DNA from: Eledone cirrhosa
Lineage: Eukaryota
Reading direction: 5' to 3'
Length of the DNA: 64,000 nucleotides
Assembly (NCBI GenBank): GCA_964016885.1
Contig: OZ024740.1
Coordinates: forward strand, 39,494,001 to 39,558,000
Shown here: one piece after another, positions 1 to 13,590 of the stretch
Layout: the number at the start of each line of letters is the position of its first letter
Numbering within the stretch: position 1 is the stretch's first letter
Made by a program: the position numbers and the translations under genes
Notes under the pieces: generated by a model
Told to the model about the DNA's origin: nothing
Seen by the model: the letters and a program-made list of their open reading frames with translations, nothing else
Database searches by the model: none

Positions 1-1290
1 AAGAGGTGTAATTAGTATTGTACATTAAAAGGTGCAATTAGTTTGGTCTATTAAATAGGTGTAGTTAGTGCGGTATATTAAAGATGTGTAGTTAGTGTGG
101 TATATTAAAGAGGTGCAATTAGTGTGGTATATTAAAGAGGTGTAGTTAGTGTGATATATTAAAGAGGTGTAATTAGTGTGGTACATTAACGAGGTGTAAT
201 TAGTGTGGTATATTAAAGAGGTGCAATTAGTGTGGTATATTAAAAAGGTGCAATTAGTGTGGTATATTAAAGAGGTGTAATTGGTGTGGTAAATTTAAGA
301 GGTGCAATTAGTGTGGTATATTAAAGAGGTGTAATTAGTGTGGTATATTAAAGAGGTGCAATTAGTGTGGTATATTAAAGAGGTGTAATTAGTGTGTTAC
401 ATTAAAGAGGTGTAATTAGTGTGGTATATTAAAGAGGTGCAATTAGTCTGGTATATTAAAGAGGTGTAGTTATTGTGTTATATTAAAGAGGTGCAATTAG
501 TGTGGTATATTAAAGTGGTGTAATTAGTGTGGTATATTAAAGAGGTGTATTTAGTGTGGTATATTAAAGAGTTGTAAATAGTGAGTTATATTAAGGAGGT
601 GTAGTTAGTGTGGTTAATTAGAGATGTGTAGTTAGTCAGGTTTATTAAAGAATTGTAATTAGTGTGGTATATTAAAGCGGTGCAATTAGTCCGGTATATT
701 AAAGAGGTGTAGTTATTGTGGTATATTAAAGAGGTGCAATTATTGTGGTATATTAAAGAGGTGCAATTAGTGTGGTATATTGAAGAGGTGTAATTAGTGT
801 GGTACTTTAAAGAGGTGTAATTAGTGTGGTATATTAAAAGGTGTAATTAGTGTGGTATATTAAAGAGGTGTAGTTAGTGTGGTATATTAAAGAGGTGTAG
901 TTAGTGTGGTATATTAGAGAGGTGCAATTAGTGTGGTACATTAAAGATGTCCAATTAGTGTGGTACATTAAAGAGGTGTAATTAGGGTGGTACATTAAAG
1001 AATTGTAGTTAGTGTGGTATATTAAAGAGGTGTAGTTAGTGTGGTATATTAAAGAGGTGTAATTAGTGTGGAATATTAAAGAGGTGTAGTTAGTGTGGTA
1101 TACTAGAAAGGTGCAATAAGTGTGGTATATTGAAGAGGTTCAATTAGTGTGGTATTTTAAAGAGGTGTAGTTAGTGTGGAACATTAAAGAGGTGTAATTA
1201 GTGTGGTATATTAAAGAGGTGCAATTAGTGCGGTTTATTAAAGAGGTGCAATTAGTGTGGTATATTAAGAAGGTGTAATTAGTGTGGTAC
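1..1290. repeat. Higher-order block present three times (1-1290, 5533-6822, 16271-17560)
   Basis: The same ordered rare variants (TAGTATTGTAC, GTTTGGTCTATT, GTAAATAGTGAGTTA, GTCCGGTA, TACTAGAAAGGTGCAATAAG) recur at offsets 5,532 and 16,270. ORF stops at 1140, 6672 and 17410 give the same offsets. Confidence 0.92.
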
Positions 1291-4200
1291 TTTAAAGATG
1301 TGTAATTTGTGTGGTATATTAAAGAGGTGTAGTTAGTGTGGTATATTAAAGAGGTGCAATTAGTGTGGTATATTAAAGAGTTGTCGTTATTGTGGTATAT
1401 TAAAGACGTGCAATTAGTGTGGTATATTAAAGAGGTGTAATTAGTATTGTACATTAAAAGGTGCAATTAGTGTGGTATATTAAAAGGTGTAGTTAGTGGG
1501 GTATATTAAAGAGGTGTAGTTAGTGTGGTATATTAAAGAGGTGCAATTAGTGTGGTATATTAAAGAGGTGTAGTTAGTGTGGTATATTAAAGAGGTGTAA
1601 TTAGTGTGGTACATTAACGAGGTGTAATTAGTGTGGTATATTAAAATGGTGCAATTAGTGTGGTATATTAAAGAGGTATAATTACTTTCTTGTACATTAA
1701 AGAGGTCCAATTAGTGTGGTACATTAAAGAGGTGTAATTAGGCTGGTACATTAAAGAAGTGTAGTTAGTGTGGTATATTAAAGAGGTATAGTTAGTGTGG
1801 TATATTAAAGAGGTGTAATTAGTGTGGTATATTAAAGAGGTGTAGTTAGTGTGGTACATTAACGAGGTGCAATTAGTGTGGTATATTAAAAAGGTGCAAT
1901 TAGTGTGGTATATTAAAGAGGTGCAATTAGTGTGGTATATTAAAGAGGTGTAATTAGTGTGGTATATTAAAGAGGTGCAATTAGTGTGGTATATTAAAGA
2001 GGTGTAATTAGTGTGTTACATTAAAGAGGTGTAATTAGTGTGGTATGTTAAAGAGGTGCAATTAGTCTGGTATATTAAAAAGGTGTAGTTAGTGTGGTAT
2101 ATTAAAGAGGTGCAAATAATGTGGTATATTAAAGTGGTGTAATTAGTGTGGTATATTAAAGAGGTGTACTTAGTGTGGTATATTAAAGAGGTGTAATTAG
2201 TCTGGTATATTAAGGAGGTGTAGTTGGTGTGGTTAATTAGAGATGTGTAGTTAGTCAGGTTTATTAGAGAAGTGTAATTAGTGTGGTATATTAAAGATGT
2301 GCAATTAGTGTGGTATATTAAAGAGGTGAAATTAGTGTGGTATATTAAAGAGGTGTAATTAGTGTGGTATATTAAAGAAGTGTAATTAATGTGGTATCTG
2401 AAAGTGGTGCAATTAGTGTGGTATATTAAAGTGGTGTAATTATTGTGGTATATTAAAGAGTTGTAATTAGTGAGGCATATTAAAGAGGTGTAATTAGTGT
2501 GGTATATTAAAGAGGTGTAATTAGTGTGGTACATTAAAGAGGTGTAGTTAGTGTGGTTAATAGGAGATGTGTAGTTAGTCAGGTTTATTAGAGAAGTGTA
2601 ATTAGTGTGGTATATTAAAGATGTGCAATTAGTGTGGTATATTGAAGAGGTGTAATTAGTGTGGTACATTAAAGAGGTGTAATTAGTGTGGTATATTAAA
2701 GAGGTGTAATTAGTGTGGTATACTAAAGAGGTGTAGTTAGTGTGGTATATTAAAGCGGTGTAGTTAGTGTGGTATATTAAAGAGGAATAATTAGTGTGGT
2801 ACATTATAGAGGTACAATTAATGTGGTACATTAAAGAGGTGTAACTAGGGTGGTACATTAAAGAAGTGTAGTTAGTGTGGTATATTAAAGAGGTGTAGTT
2901 AGTGTGGTATGTTAAAGAGGTGTAATTAGTGTGGTATATTAAAGAGGTGTAGTTAGTGTGGTATATTAAAGAGGTGTAATTAGTGTGGTATATTAAAGAG
3001 GTGTAGTTAGTGTGGTATACTAAAAAGGTGCAATTAGTGTGGTATATTAAAAAGGTGTAAATAGTGTGGTACATTAAAGAGGTGTAATTAGTGTGATACA
3101 TTAAAGAGGTGTAATTAGTGTGGTATATTAAAGACGTGTAATTAGTGTGGTATATTAAAGAAGTGTAATTAGTGTGGTATATTAAAGTGGTGTAATTATT
3201 GTGGTATATTAAAGAGTTGTAATTAGTGAGGTATATTAAAGAGGTGTAATTAGTGTGGTATATTAAAGTGGTGTAATTAGTGTGGTACATTAAAGAGGTG
3301 TAGTTAGTGTGGTATATTAAAGAGGTGTAATTAGTGTGGTATACTAAAGAGGTGTAGTTAGTGTGGTATATTAATGAGGTGTAGTTAGTGTGGTATATTA
3401 AAGAGGCATAATTAGTGTGGTATATTAAAGAGGTGTAGTTAGTGTGGTATATTAAAGAGGTGTAATTAGTGTGGTACATTAAAGAAGTGTAGTTAGTGTG
3501 GTATATTAAAGAGGTGTAGTTAGTGTGGTATATTAAAGAGTTGCAATTAGTGTGGTATATTAAAGAGTTGTAGTTAGTGTGGTATATTAAAGACATGCAA
3601 TTAGTGTGGTATATTAAAGAGGTGGAATTAGTATTGTACATTAAAAGGTGCAATTAGTGTGGTATATTAAAAGGTGTAGTTAGTGCGGTATATTAAAGAG
3701 GTGTAGTTAGTGTGGTATATTAAAGAGGTGCAATTAATGTGGTATATTAAAGAGGTGTAGTTAGTGTGGTATATTAAAGAGGTGTAATTAGTGTGGTACA
3801 TTAACGAGGTGTAATTAGTGTGGTATATTAAAGAGGTGCAATTAGTGTGGTATATTAAAAAGGTGCAATTAGTGTGGTATATTAAAGAGGTGCAATTAGT
3901 GTGGTATATTAAAGAGGTGTAATTAGTGTGGTATATTAAAGAGGTGCAATTAGTGTGGTATATTAAAGAAGTGCAATTAATGTGGTATATTAAAGTGGTG
4001 TAATTAGTGTGGTATATTAAAGAGGTGTAATTAGTGTGGTATATTAAAGAGGTGTAATTAGTGTGGAATATTAAAGAGGTGCAATTAGTGTGGTATGTTA
4101 AAGAGGTGTAATTAGTCTGGTATATTAAGGAGGTGTAGTTGGTGTGGTTAATTAGAGATGTGTAGTTAGTCAGGTTTATTAGAGAAGTATAATTAGTGTG

Positions 4201-4399
4201 GTATATTAAAGAGGTATAATTAGTTTCTTGTACATTAAAGAGGTCCAATTAGTGTGGTACATTAAAGAGGTGTAATTAGGGTGGTACATTAAAGAAGTGT
4301 AGTTAGTGTGGTATATTAAAGAGGTGTAGTTAGTGTGGTATGTTAAAGAGGTGTAATTAGTGTGGTATGTTAAAGAGGTGTAGTTAGTGTGGTATATTA

Positions 4400-7300
4400 A
4401 AGAGGTGCAATTAGTGTGGTATATTAAAAAGGTGCAATTAGTGTGGTATATTAAAGAGGTGCAATTAGTGTGGTATATTAAAGAGGTGTAATTATTGTGG
4501 TATATTAAAGAGGTGCAATTAGTGTGGTATATTAAAGAGGTGTAGTTAGTGTGGTATATTAAAGAGGTGTAATTAGTGTGGTACATTAACGAGGTGTAAT
4601 TAGTGTGGTATATTAAAGAGGTGCAATTAGTGTGGTATATTAAAGAGGTGTAATTAGTGTGTTACATTAAAGAGGTGTAATTAGTGTGGTATGTTAAAGA
4701 GGTGCAAGTAGTCTGGTATATTAAAAAGGTGTAGTTAGTGTGGTATATTAAAGAGGTGCAAATAATGTGGTATATTAAAGTGGTGTAATTAGTGTGGTAT
4801 ATTAAAGAGGTGTAATTAGTGTAGTATATGAAAGAGGTGTCATTAGTGTGGAATATTAAAGAGGTGCAATTAGTGTGGTATATTAAAGACGTGTAATTAG
4901 TCTGGTATATTAAGGAGGTGTAGTTGGTGTGGTTAATTAGAGATGTGTAGTTAGTCAGGTTTATTAGAGAAGTATAATTAGTGTGGTATATTAAAGAGGT
5001 GTAATTAGTGTGGTAAATTGAAGAGGTGTAATTAGTGTGGTATATTAAAGAGGTGCAATTAGTGTGGTATATTAAATAGGTGAAATTATTGTGGTATATT
5101 AAAGAGGTGCAATTAGTGTGGTATATTGAAGAGGTGTAATTAGTGTGGTACTTTAAAGAGGTGTAATTAGTGTGGTATATTAAAGAGGTGTAATTAGTGT
5201 GGTATATTAAAAGGTGTAATTAGTGTGGTATATTAAAGAGGTGTAGTTAGTGTGGTATATTAAAGAGGTGTAATTAGTGAGGTATATTAAATAGGTGTAG
5301 TTAGTGTGGTATATTAAAGTGGTGTAATTAGTGTGGTACATTAAAGAGGTGTAGTTAGTGTGGTATATTAAAGAGGTGCAATTAGTGTGGTATATTAAAA
5401 AGGTGCAATTAGTGTGGTATATTAAAGAGGTGTAATTAGTGTGGTAAATTTAAGAGGTGCAATTAGTGTGGTATATTAAAGAGGTGTAATTAGTGTGGTA
5501 TATTAAAGAGGTGCAATTAGTGTGGTATATTAAAGAGGTGTAATTAGTATTGTACATTAAAAGGTGCAATTAGTTTGGTCTATTAAATAGGTGTAGTTAG
5601 TGCGGTATATTAAAGATGTGTAGTTAGTGTGGTATATTAAAGAGGTGCAATTAGTGTGGTATATTAAAGAGGTGTAGTTAGTGTGATATATTAAAGAGGT
5701 GTAATTAGTGTGGTACATTAACGAGGTGTAATTAGTGTGGTATATTAAAGAGGTGCAATTAGTGTGGTATATTAAAAAGGTGCAATTAGTGTGGTATATT
5801 AAAGAGGTGTAATTGGTGTGGTAAATTTAAGAGGTGCAATTAGTGTGGTATATTAAAGAGGTGTAATTAGTGTGGTATATTAAAGAGGTGCAATTAGTGT
5901 GGTATATTAAAGAGGTGTAATTAGTGTGTTACATTAAAGAGGTGTAATTAGTGTGGTATATTAAAGAGGTGCAATTAGTCTGGTATATTAAAGAGGTGTA
6001 GTTATTGTGTTATATTAAAGAGGTGCAATTAGTGTGGTATATTAAAGTGGTGTAATTAGTGTGGTATATTAAAGAGGTGTATTTAGTGTGGTATATTAAA
6101 GAGTTGTAAATAGTGAGTTATATTAAGGAGGTGTAGTTAGTGTGGTTAATTAGAGATGTGTAGTTAGTCAGGTTTATTAAAGAATTGTAATTAGTGTGGT
6201 ATATTAAAGCGGTGCAATTAGTCCGGTATATTAAAGAGGTGTAGTTATTGTGGTATATTAAAGAGGTGCAATTATTGTGGTATATTAAAGAGGTGCAATT
6301 AGTGTGGTATATTGAAGAGGTGTAATTAGTGTGGTACTTTAAAGAGGTGTAATTAGTGTGGTATATTAAAAGGTGTAATTAGTGTGGTATATTAAAGAGG
6401 TGTAGTTAGTGTGGTATATTAAAGAGGTGTAGTTAGTGTGGTATATTAGAGAGGTGCAATTAGTGTGGTACATTAAAGATGTCCAATTAGTGTGGTACAT
6501 TAAAGAGGTGTAATTAGGGTGGTACATTAAAGAATTGTAGTTAGTGTGGTATATTAAAGAGGTGTAGTTAGTGTGGTATATTAAAGAGGTGTAATTAGTG
6601 TGGAATATTAAAGAGGTGTAGTTAGTGTGGTATACTAGAAAGGTGCAATAAGTGTGGTATATTGAAGAGGTTCAATTAGTGTGGTATTTTAAAGAGGTGT
6701 AGTTAGTGTGGAACATTAAAGAGGTGTAATTAGTGTGGTATATTAAAGAGGTGCAATTAGTGCGGTTTATTAAAGAGGTGCAATTAGTGTGGTATATTAA
6801 GAAGGTGTAATTAGTGTGGTACATTAAAGAGGTGTAATTAGTGTGATACATTAAAGAGGTGTAGTTAGTGTGGTTAATTAGAGATGTGTAGTTAGTCAGG
6901 TTTATTAGAGAAGTGTAATTAGTGTGGTATATTAAAGAGGTGCAATTAGTGTGGTATATTAAAGAGGTGCAATTAGTGTAGTATAATAAATAGGTGTAAT
7001 TAGTCTGGTATATTAAGGAGGTGTAGTTTGTGTGGTTAATTAGAGATGTGTAGTTAGTCAGGTTTATTAGAGAAGTGTAATTAGTGTGGTATATTAAAGA
7101 TGTGTAATTAGTGTGGTACATTAAAGAGGTGTAATTAGTGTGGTATATTAAAGAGGTGCAATTAGTGTGGTATATTAAAGAGGTGCAATTAGTGTGGTAT
7201 ATTGAAGAGGTGCAATTAGTGTGGTATATTAAAGAGGTGTATTTAGTGTGGTACATTAAAGAGGTGTAATTAGTGTGGTATATTAAAGAGGTGCAATTAG

Positions 7301-10300
7301 TGTGGTATATTAAAGAGGCTCAATTAGTGTGGTATTTTAAAGAGGTGTAGTTAGTGTAGTATATTAAAGAGGTGTAATTAGTGTGGTATATTAAAGAAGT
7401 GTAATTAGTGTGGTATCTTAAAGTGGTGCAATTAGTGTGGTATATTAAAGTGGTGTAGTTAGTGTGGTATATTAAAGAGTTGTAATTAATGAGGTATATT
7501 AAAGAGGTGTAATTAGTGTGGTATATTAAAGAGGTGTAATTAGTGTGGTATATTAAAGAGGTGCAATTAGTGTGGTATATTAAAGAGGTTCAATTAGTGT
7601 GGTATTTTAAAGAGGTGTAGTTAGTGTGGTATATTAAAGAGGTGTAAATAGTGTGGTATATTAAAGAAGTGTAATTGGTGTGGTATCTTAAAGTGGTGCA
7701 ATTAGTGTGGTATATTAAAGTGGTGTAATTAGTGTGGTATATTAAAGAGGTGTAATTAGTGTGGTATATTAAAGAGGTGTAATTAGTGTGGTATATTAAA
7801 GAGGTGCAATTAGTGTGGTATATTAAAGAGGTTCAATTAGTGTGGTATTTTAAAGAGGTATAGTTAGTGTGGTATATTAAAGAGGTGTAATTAGTGTGGT
7901 ATATTAAAGTGGTGTAATTAGTGTGGTACATTAAAGAGGTGTAATTAGTGTGGTATATTAAAGAGGTGCAATTAGTGTGGAATATTAAAGAGGTGCAATT
8001 AGTGTGGTATATTAAAGAGGTGTAATTATTCTGGTATATTAAGGAGGTGTAGTTAGTGTGGTATATTAAAGAGGTGTAATTAGTGTGGTATATTAAAGAA
8101 GTGTAATTAGTGTGGTATCTTAAAGAGGTGTAATTAGTGTGGTACATTAAAGAGGTGTAATTAGTGTGGTATATTAAAGAGGTGCAATTAGTGTGGTATA
8201 TTAAAGAGGTTCAATTAGTGTGGTATTTTAAAGAGGTGTAGTTAGTGTGGTATATTAAAGAGGTGTAATTAGTGTGGTATATTAAAGAGGTGTAATTAGT
8301 GTGGTATATTAAAGAAGTGTAATTAGTGTGGTATCTTAAAGTGGTGCAATTAGTGTGGTATATTAAAGTGGTGTAATGAGAGTGGTATATTAAAGAGTTG
8401 TAATTAGTGAGGTATATTAAAGAGGTGTAGTTAGTGTGGTTAATTAGAGATGTTTAGTTAGTCAGGTTTATTAGAGAAGTGTAATTAGTGTGGTATATTA
8501 AAGAGGTGAAATTAGTGTGGTATATTGAAGAGGTGTAATTAGTGTGGTACATTAAAGAGGTGTAATTAGTGTGGTATATTAAAGAGGTTTAATTAGTGTG
8601 GTATACTACAGAGGTGTAGTTAGTGTGGTATATTAAAGAGGTGTAGTTAGTGTGCTATATTAAAGAGGCATAATTAGTGTGGTACATTATAGAGGTCCAC
8701 TTAATGTGGTACGTTAAAGAGGTGTAATTAGGGCGGTACTTTAAAGAAGTGTAGTTAGTGTGGTATATTAAAGAGGTGTAGTTAGTGTGGTATATTAAAG
8801 AAGTGTAATTAGTGTGGTATATTAAAGAGGTGTAGTTAGTGTGGTATATTAAAGAGGTGTAATTAGTGTGGTACATTAAAGAGGTGTAATGTGTGTGGTA
8901 TATTAAAGAGGTGTAGTTAGTGTGGTATATTAAAGAGGTGCAATTAGTGTGGTATATTAAAGAGGTGTAGTTAGTGTGGTATATTAAAGACGTGCAATTA
9001 GTGTGGTATATTAAAGAGGTGTAATTAGTGTGTTACATTAAAGAGGTGTAATTAGTGTGGTATGTTAAAGAGGTGCAATTAGTCTGGTATATTAAAAAGG
9101 TGCAATTAGTGTGGTATATTAAAGAGGTGTAGTTAGTGTGGTATATTAAAGACGTGCAATTAGTGTGGTATATTAAAGAGGTGAAATTAGTGTGGTATAT
9201 TAAAGAGGTGCAATTAGTGTGGTATATGGAAGAGGTGTAATTAGTGTGGTACTTTAAAGAGGTGTAATTAGTGTGGTATATTAAAGAGGTGCAATTAGTG
9301 TGGTATATTAAAGAGGTGTAATTAGTGTGGTATATTAAAGAGGTGCAATTAGTGTGGTATATTAAAGAGGTGAAATTAGTGTGGTATATTAAAGAGGTGC
9401 AATTAGTGTGGTATATGGAAGAGGTGTAATTAGTGTGGTACTTTAAAGAGGTGTAATTAGTGTGGTATATTAAAGAGGTGTAATTAGTGTGGTATATTAA
9501 CAGGTGTAATTAGTGTGGTATATTAAAGAGGTGTAGTTAGTGTGGTATATTATAGAGGTGTAGTTAGTGTGGTATATTAGAGAGGTGCAATTAGTGTGGT
9601 ACATTAAAGAGGTGTAATTAGGGTGGTACATTAAAGAAGTGTAGTTAGTGTGGTATATTAAAGAGGTGTAGTTAGTGTGGTATATTAAAGAGGTGTAATT
9701 AGTATGGTATATTAAAGAGGTGTAGTTAGTGTGGTATACTAAAATGGTGCAATAAGTGTGGTATATTAAAGAGGTTCAATTAGTGTGGTATTTTAAAGAG
9801 GTGTAGTTAGTGTGGTACATTAAAGAGGTGTAATTAGTGTGGTATATTAAAGAGGTGTAGTTAGTGTGGTATATTAAAGAGATGTAATTAGTATGGTATA
9901 TTAAAGAGGTGTAGTTAGTGTGGTATACTAAAATGGTGCAATAAGTGTGGTATATTAAAGAGGTGCAATTAGTGTGGTATATTAAAGTGGTGTAATTAGT
10001 GTGGTATATAAAAGAGTTGTAATTAGTGAGGTATATTAAAGAGGTGTAATTAGTGTGGTATATTAAAGTGGAGTAATTAGTGTGGTACATTAAAGAGGTG
10101 TAGTTAGTGTGGTTAATTAGAGATGTGTAGTTATTCAGGTTTATTAGAGAAGTGTAATTAGTGTCATTTATTAAAGAGGTGTAGTTAGTGTGGTATATTA
10201 AAGAGGCATAATTAGTGTGGTACATTATAGAGGTCCAATTAATGTGGTACATTAAAGAGGTGTAACTAGGGTCGTACATTAAAGAAGTGTAGTTAGTGTG

Positions 10301-13300
10301 GTATATTAAAGAGGTGTAGTTAGTGTGGTATATTAAAGAGGTGTAATTAGTGTTGTATATTAAAGAGGTGTAGTTAGTGTGGTATATTAATGAGGTGTAA
10401 TTAGTGTGGTACATTAAAGAGTTGTAATTTGTGTGGTATATTAAAGAGGTGTAGTTAGTGTGGTATATTAAAGAGGTGCAATTAGTGTGGTATATTAATG
10501 AGGTGTAGTTAGTGTGGTATATTAAAGACGTGCAATTAGTGTGGTATATTAAAGAGGTGTAATTAGTATTGTACATTAAAAGGTGCAATTAGTGTGGTAT
10601 ATTAAAAGGTGTAGTTAGTGCGGTATATTAAAGAGGTGTAGTTAGTGTGGTATATTAAAGAGGTGCAATTAGTGTGGTATATTAAAGAGGTGTAGTTAGT
10701 GTGGTATATTAAAGAGGTGTAATTAGTGTGGTACATTAACGAGGTGTAATTAGTGTGGCATATTAAAGAGGTGCAATTAGTGTCGTATATTAAAGAGGTG
10801 CAATTAGTGTGGTATATTAAAGAGGTGTAATTAGTGTGGTATATTAAAGAGGTGCAATTAGTGTGGTATATTAAAGAGGTGTAATTAGTGTGTTACATTA
10901 ATGAGGTGTAATTAGTGTGGTATGTTAAAGAGGTGCAATTAGTCTGGTATATTAAAAAGGTGTAATTAGTGTGGTATATTAAAGAGTTGTAATTAGTGTG
11001 GTATATTAAAGAGGTGTAATTATTGTGGAATATTAAAGAGGTGCAATTAGTGTGGTATGTTAAAGAGGTGTAATTAGTCTGGTATATTAAGGAGGTGTAA
11101 TTGGTGTGGTTAATTAGAGATGTGTAGTTAGTCAGGTTTATTAGAGAAGTATAATTAGTGTGGTATATTAAAGAGGTGTAATTAGTGTGGTAAATTAAAG
11201 AGGTGTAATTAGTGTGGTATATTAAAGAGGTGCAATTAGTGTGGTACATTAAGAGGTGAAACTAGTGTGGTATATTAAAGAGGTGTAGTTAGTGTGGTAT
11301 ATTAAAGATGTGCAATTTGTGTGGTATATTAAAGAGGTGTAATTAGTGTGGTACATTAAAGACATGCAATTAGTGCGGTATATTAAAGAGGTGTAATTAA
11401 TGTGGTATATTAAAGAGGTGTACTTAGTGCGGTACATTAAAGAGGTGTAATTAGTGTGGTATATTAAAGAGGTGTAGTTAGTGTGGTATATTAAAGAGGC
11501 GTAATTAGTGTGGTACATTATAGAGGTCCAATTAGTGTGGTACATTAATGAGGTGTAATTAGGGTGGTACATTAAAGAAGTGTAGTTAGTGTGGTATATT
11601 AAAGAGGTGTAGTTAGTGTGGTATATTAAAGAGGTGTAATTAGTGTGGTATATTAAAGAGGTGTAGTTAGTGTGGTATATTAAAGAGGTGCAATTAGTGT
11701 GGTATATTAAAAAGGTGTAATTACTTTGGTATATTAAAGAGGTGCAATTAGTGTGGTATATTAAAGAGGTGTAATTAGTGTGGTACATTAAAGAGGTGTA
11801 ATTAGTGTGGTATATTATAGAGGTGCAATTAGTGTGGTATATTAAAGAGGTGTAATTAGTGTGGTATATTAAAGAGGTGTAGTTAATCTGGTACATTAAA
11901 GAGGTGTAATTAGTGTGGTATATTAAATATGTGCAATTAGTGTGGTATATTAAAGAGCTGTAGTTACTGTGGTACATTAAAGAGGTGCAATTAGTGTGGT
12001 ATATTAAAGAGGTTTAGTTAGTGTGGTATATTAAAGAGGTGCAATTAGTGTGGTATATTAAAGAGGTGCAATTAGTGTGGTATATTAAAGAGGTTTAGTT
12101 AGTGTGGTATATTAAAGACGTGCAATTAGTGTGGTATATTAAAGAGGTGTGATTAGTGTGGTACATTAAAGAGGTGCAATTAGTGTGGTATATTAAAGAA
12201 GTGTAGTTAGTGTGGTATATTAAAGAAGTGTAGTTAGTGTGGTATATTAAAGAGGTGTAGTTAGTGTGGTATATTAAAGATGTGTAATTAGTGTGGTATA
12301 TTAAAGAGGTGTAGTTAGTGTGGTACATTAAAGAGGTATAATTGGTGTGGTATATTAAGAGGTGTAATTAGTGTGGTACATTAAAGAAGAGTAATTAGTG
12401 TGGTATATTAAAGAGGTGAAATTAGTGTGGTATATTAAAAATGTGCAATTAGTGTGGTATATTAAAGAGGTGTAATTACTGTGGTATATTAAAGAGGTGT
12501 AATTAGTGTAGTACATAAAAAGAGTTGTAATTAGTGTGGTGTATTAAAGAGGTGCAATTAGTGTGGTATATTGAAGAGGTGTAATTAGTGTAGTACATTA
12601 AAGAAGTGTAATTAATGTGGTATATTAAAGAGGTGTAATTAGTGTGGTATATTAAAGAGGTGTAGTTAGTGTGGTATATTAAAGAGGTTTAGTTAGAGTC
12701 GTATATTAAAGAGGTGTACTTAGTGTGGTACATTAAAGAGGTGTAATTAGAGTGGTATACTAAAAAGGTGCAATTAGTGTGGTATATTAAAGAGGTGCAA
12801 TTAGTGTGGTATATTAAAGAGGTGTAATTAGTGTGGTATATTAAAGAGGTGCAATTAGTGTGGTATATTAAAAAGGTGCAATTAGTGTGGTATATTAAAG
12901 AGGTGCAATTAGTGTGGTATATTAAAGAGGTGTAATTAGTGTGGTATATTAAAGAGGTGCAATTAGTGTGGTATATTAAAGAGGTGTAATTAGTGTGTTA
13001 CATTAATGAGGTGTAATTAGTGTGGTATGTTAAAGAGGTGCAATTAGTCTGGTATATTAAAAAGGTGTAATTAGTGTGGTATATTAAAGAGTTGTAATTA
13101 GTGTGGTATATTAAAGAGGTGTAATTAGTGTGGAATATTAAAGAGGTGCAATTAGTGTGGTATGTTAAAGAGGTGTAATTAGTCTGGTATATTAAGGAGG
13201 TGTAATTGGTGTGGTTAATTAGAGATGTGTAGTTAGTCAGGTTTATTAGAGAAGTATAATTAGTGTGGTATATTAAAGAGGTGTAATTAGTGTGGTATAT

Positions 13301-13590
13301 TAAAAAGGTGCAATTAGTGTGGTACATTAAGAGGTGAAATTAGTGTGGTATATTAAAGAGGTGTAGTTAGTGTGGTATATTAATGATGTGCAATTTGTGT
13401 GGTATATTAAAGAGGTGTAATTAGTGTGGTACATTAAAGACGTGCAATTAGTAAGGTATATTAAAGAGGTGTAATTAATGTGGTATATTAAAGAGGTGTA
13501 CTTAGTGTGGTACATTAAAGATGTGTAATTAATGTGGTATATTAAAGAGGTGTAATTAGTGTGGTACATTATAGAGGTCCAATTAGTGTG
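4400..13590. repeat. Copy 1 of a large near-identical segmental duplication inside the array
   Basis: Matched ORF coordinates: 4586/15324, 6672/17410 and 7833/18571 (offset 10,738); 8655/19366 (10,711); 9776/20244 and 11977/22445 (10,468); 12998/23089 (10,091). Boundaries are approximate. Confidence 0.9.

Noticed and set aside
982-987. Canonical TTAGGG telomere tract
   Set aside because: TTAGGG appears only as isolated single-base variants of TTAGTG within 27-mers, never in tandem.
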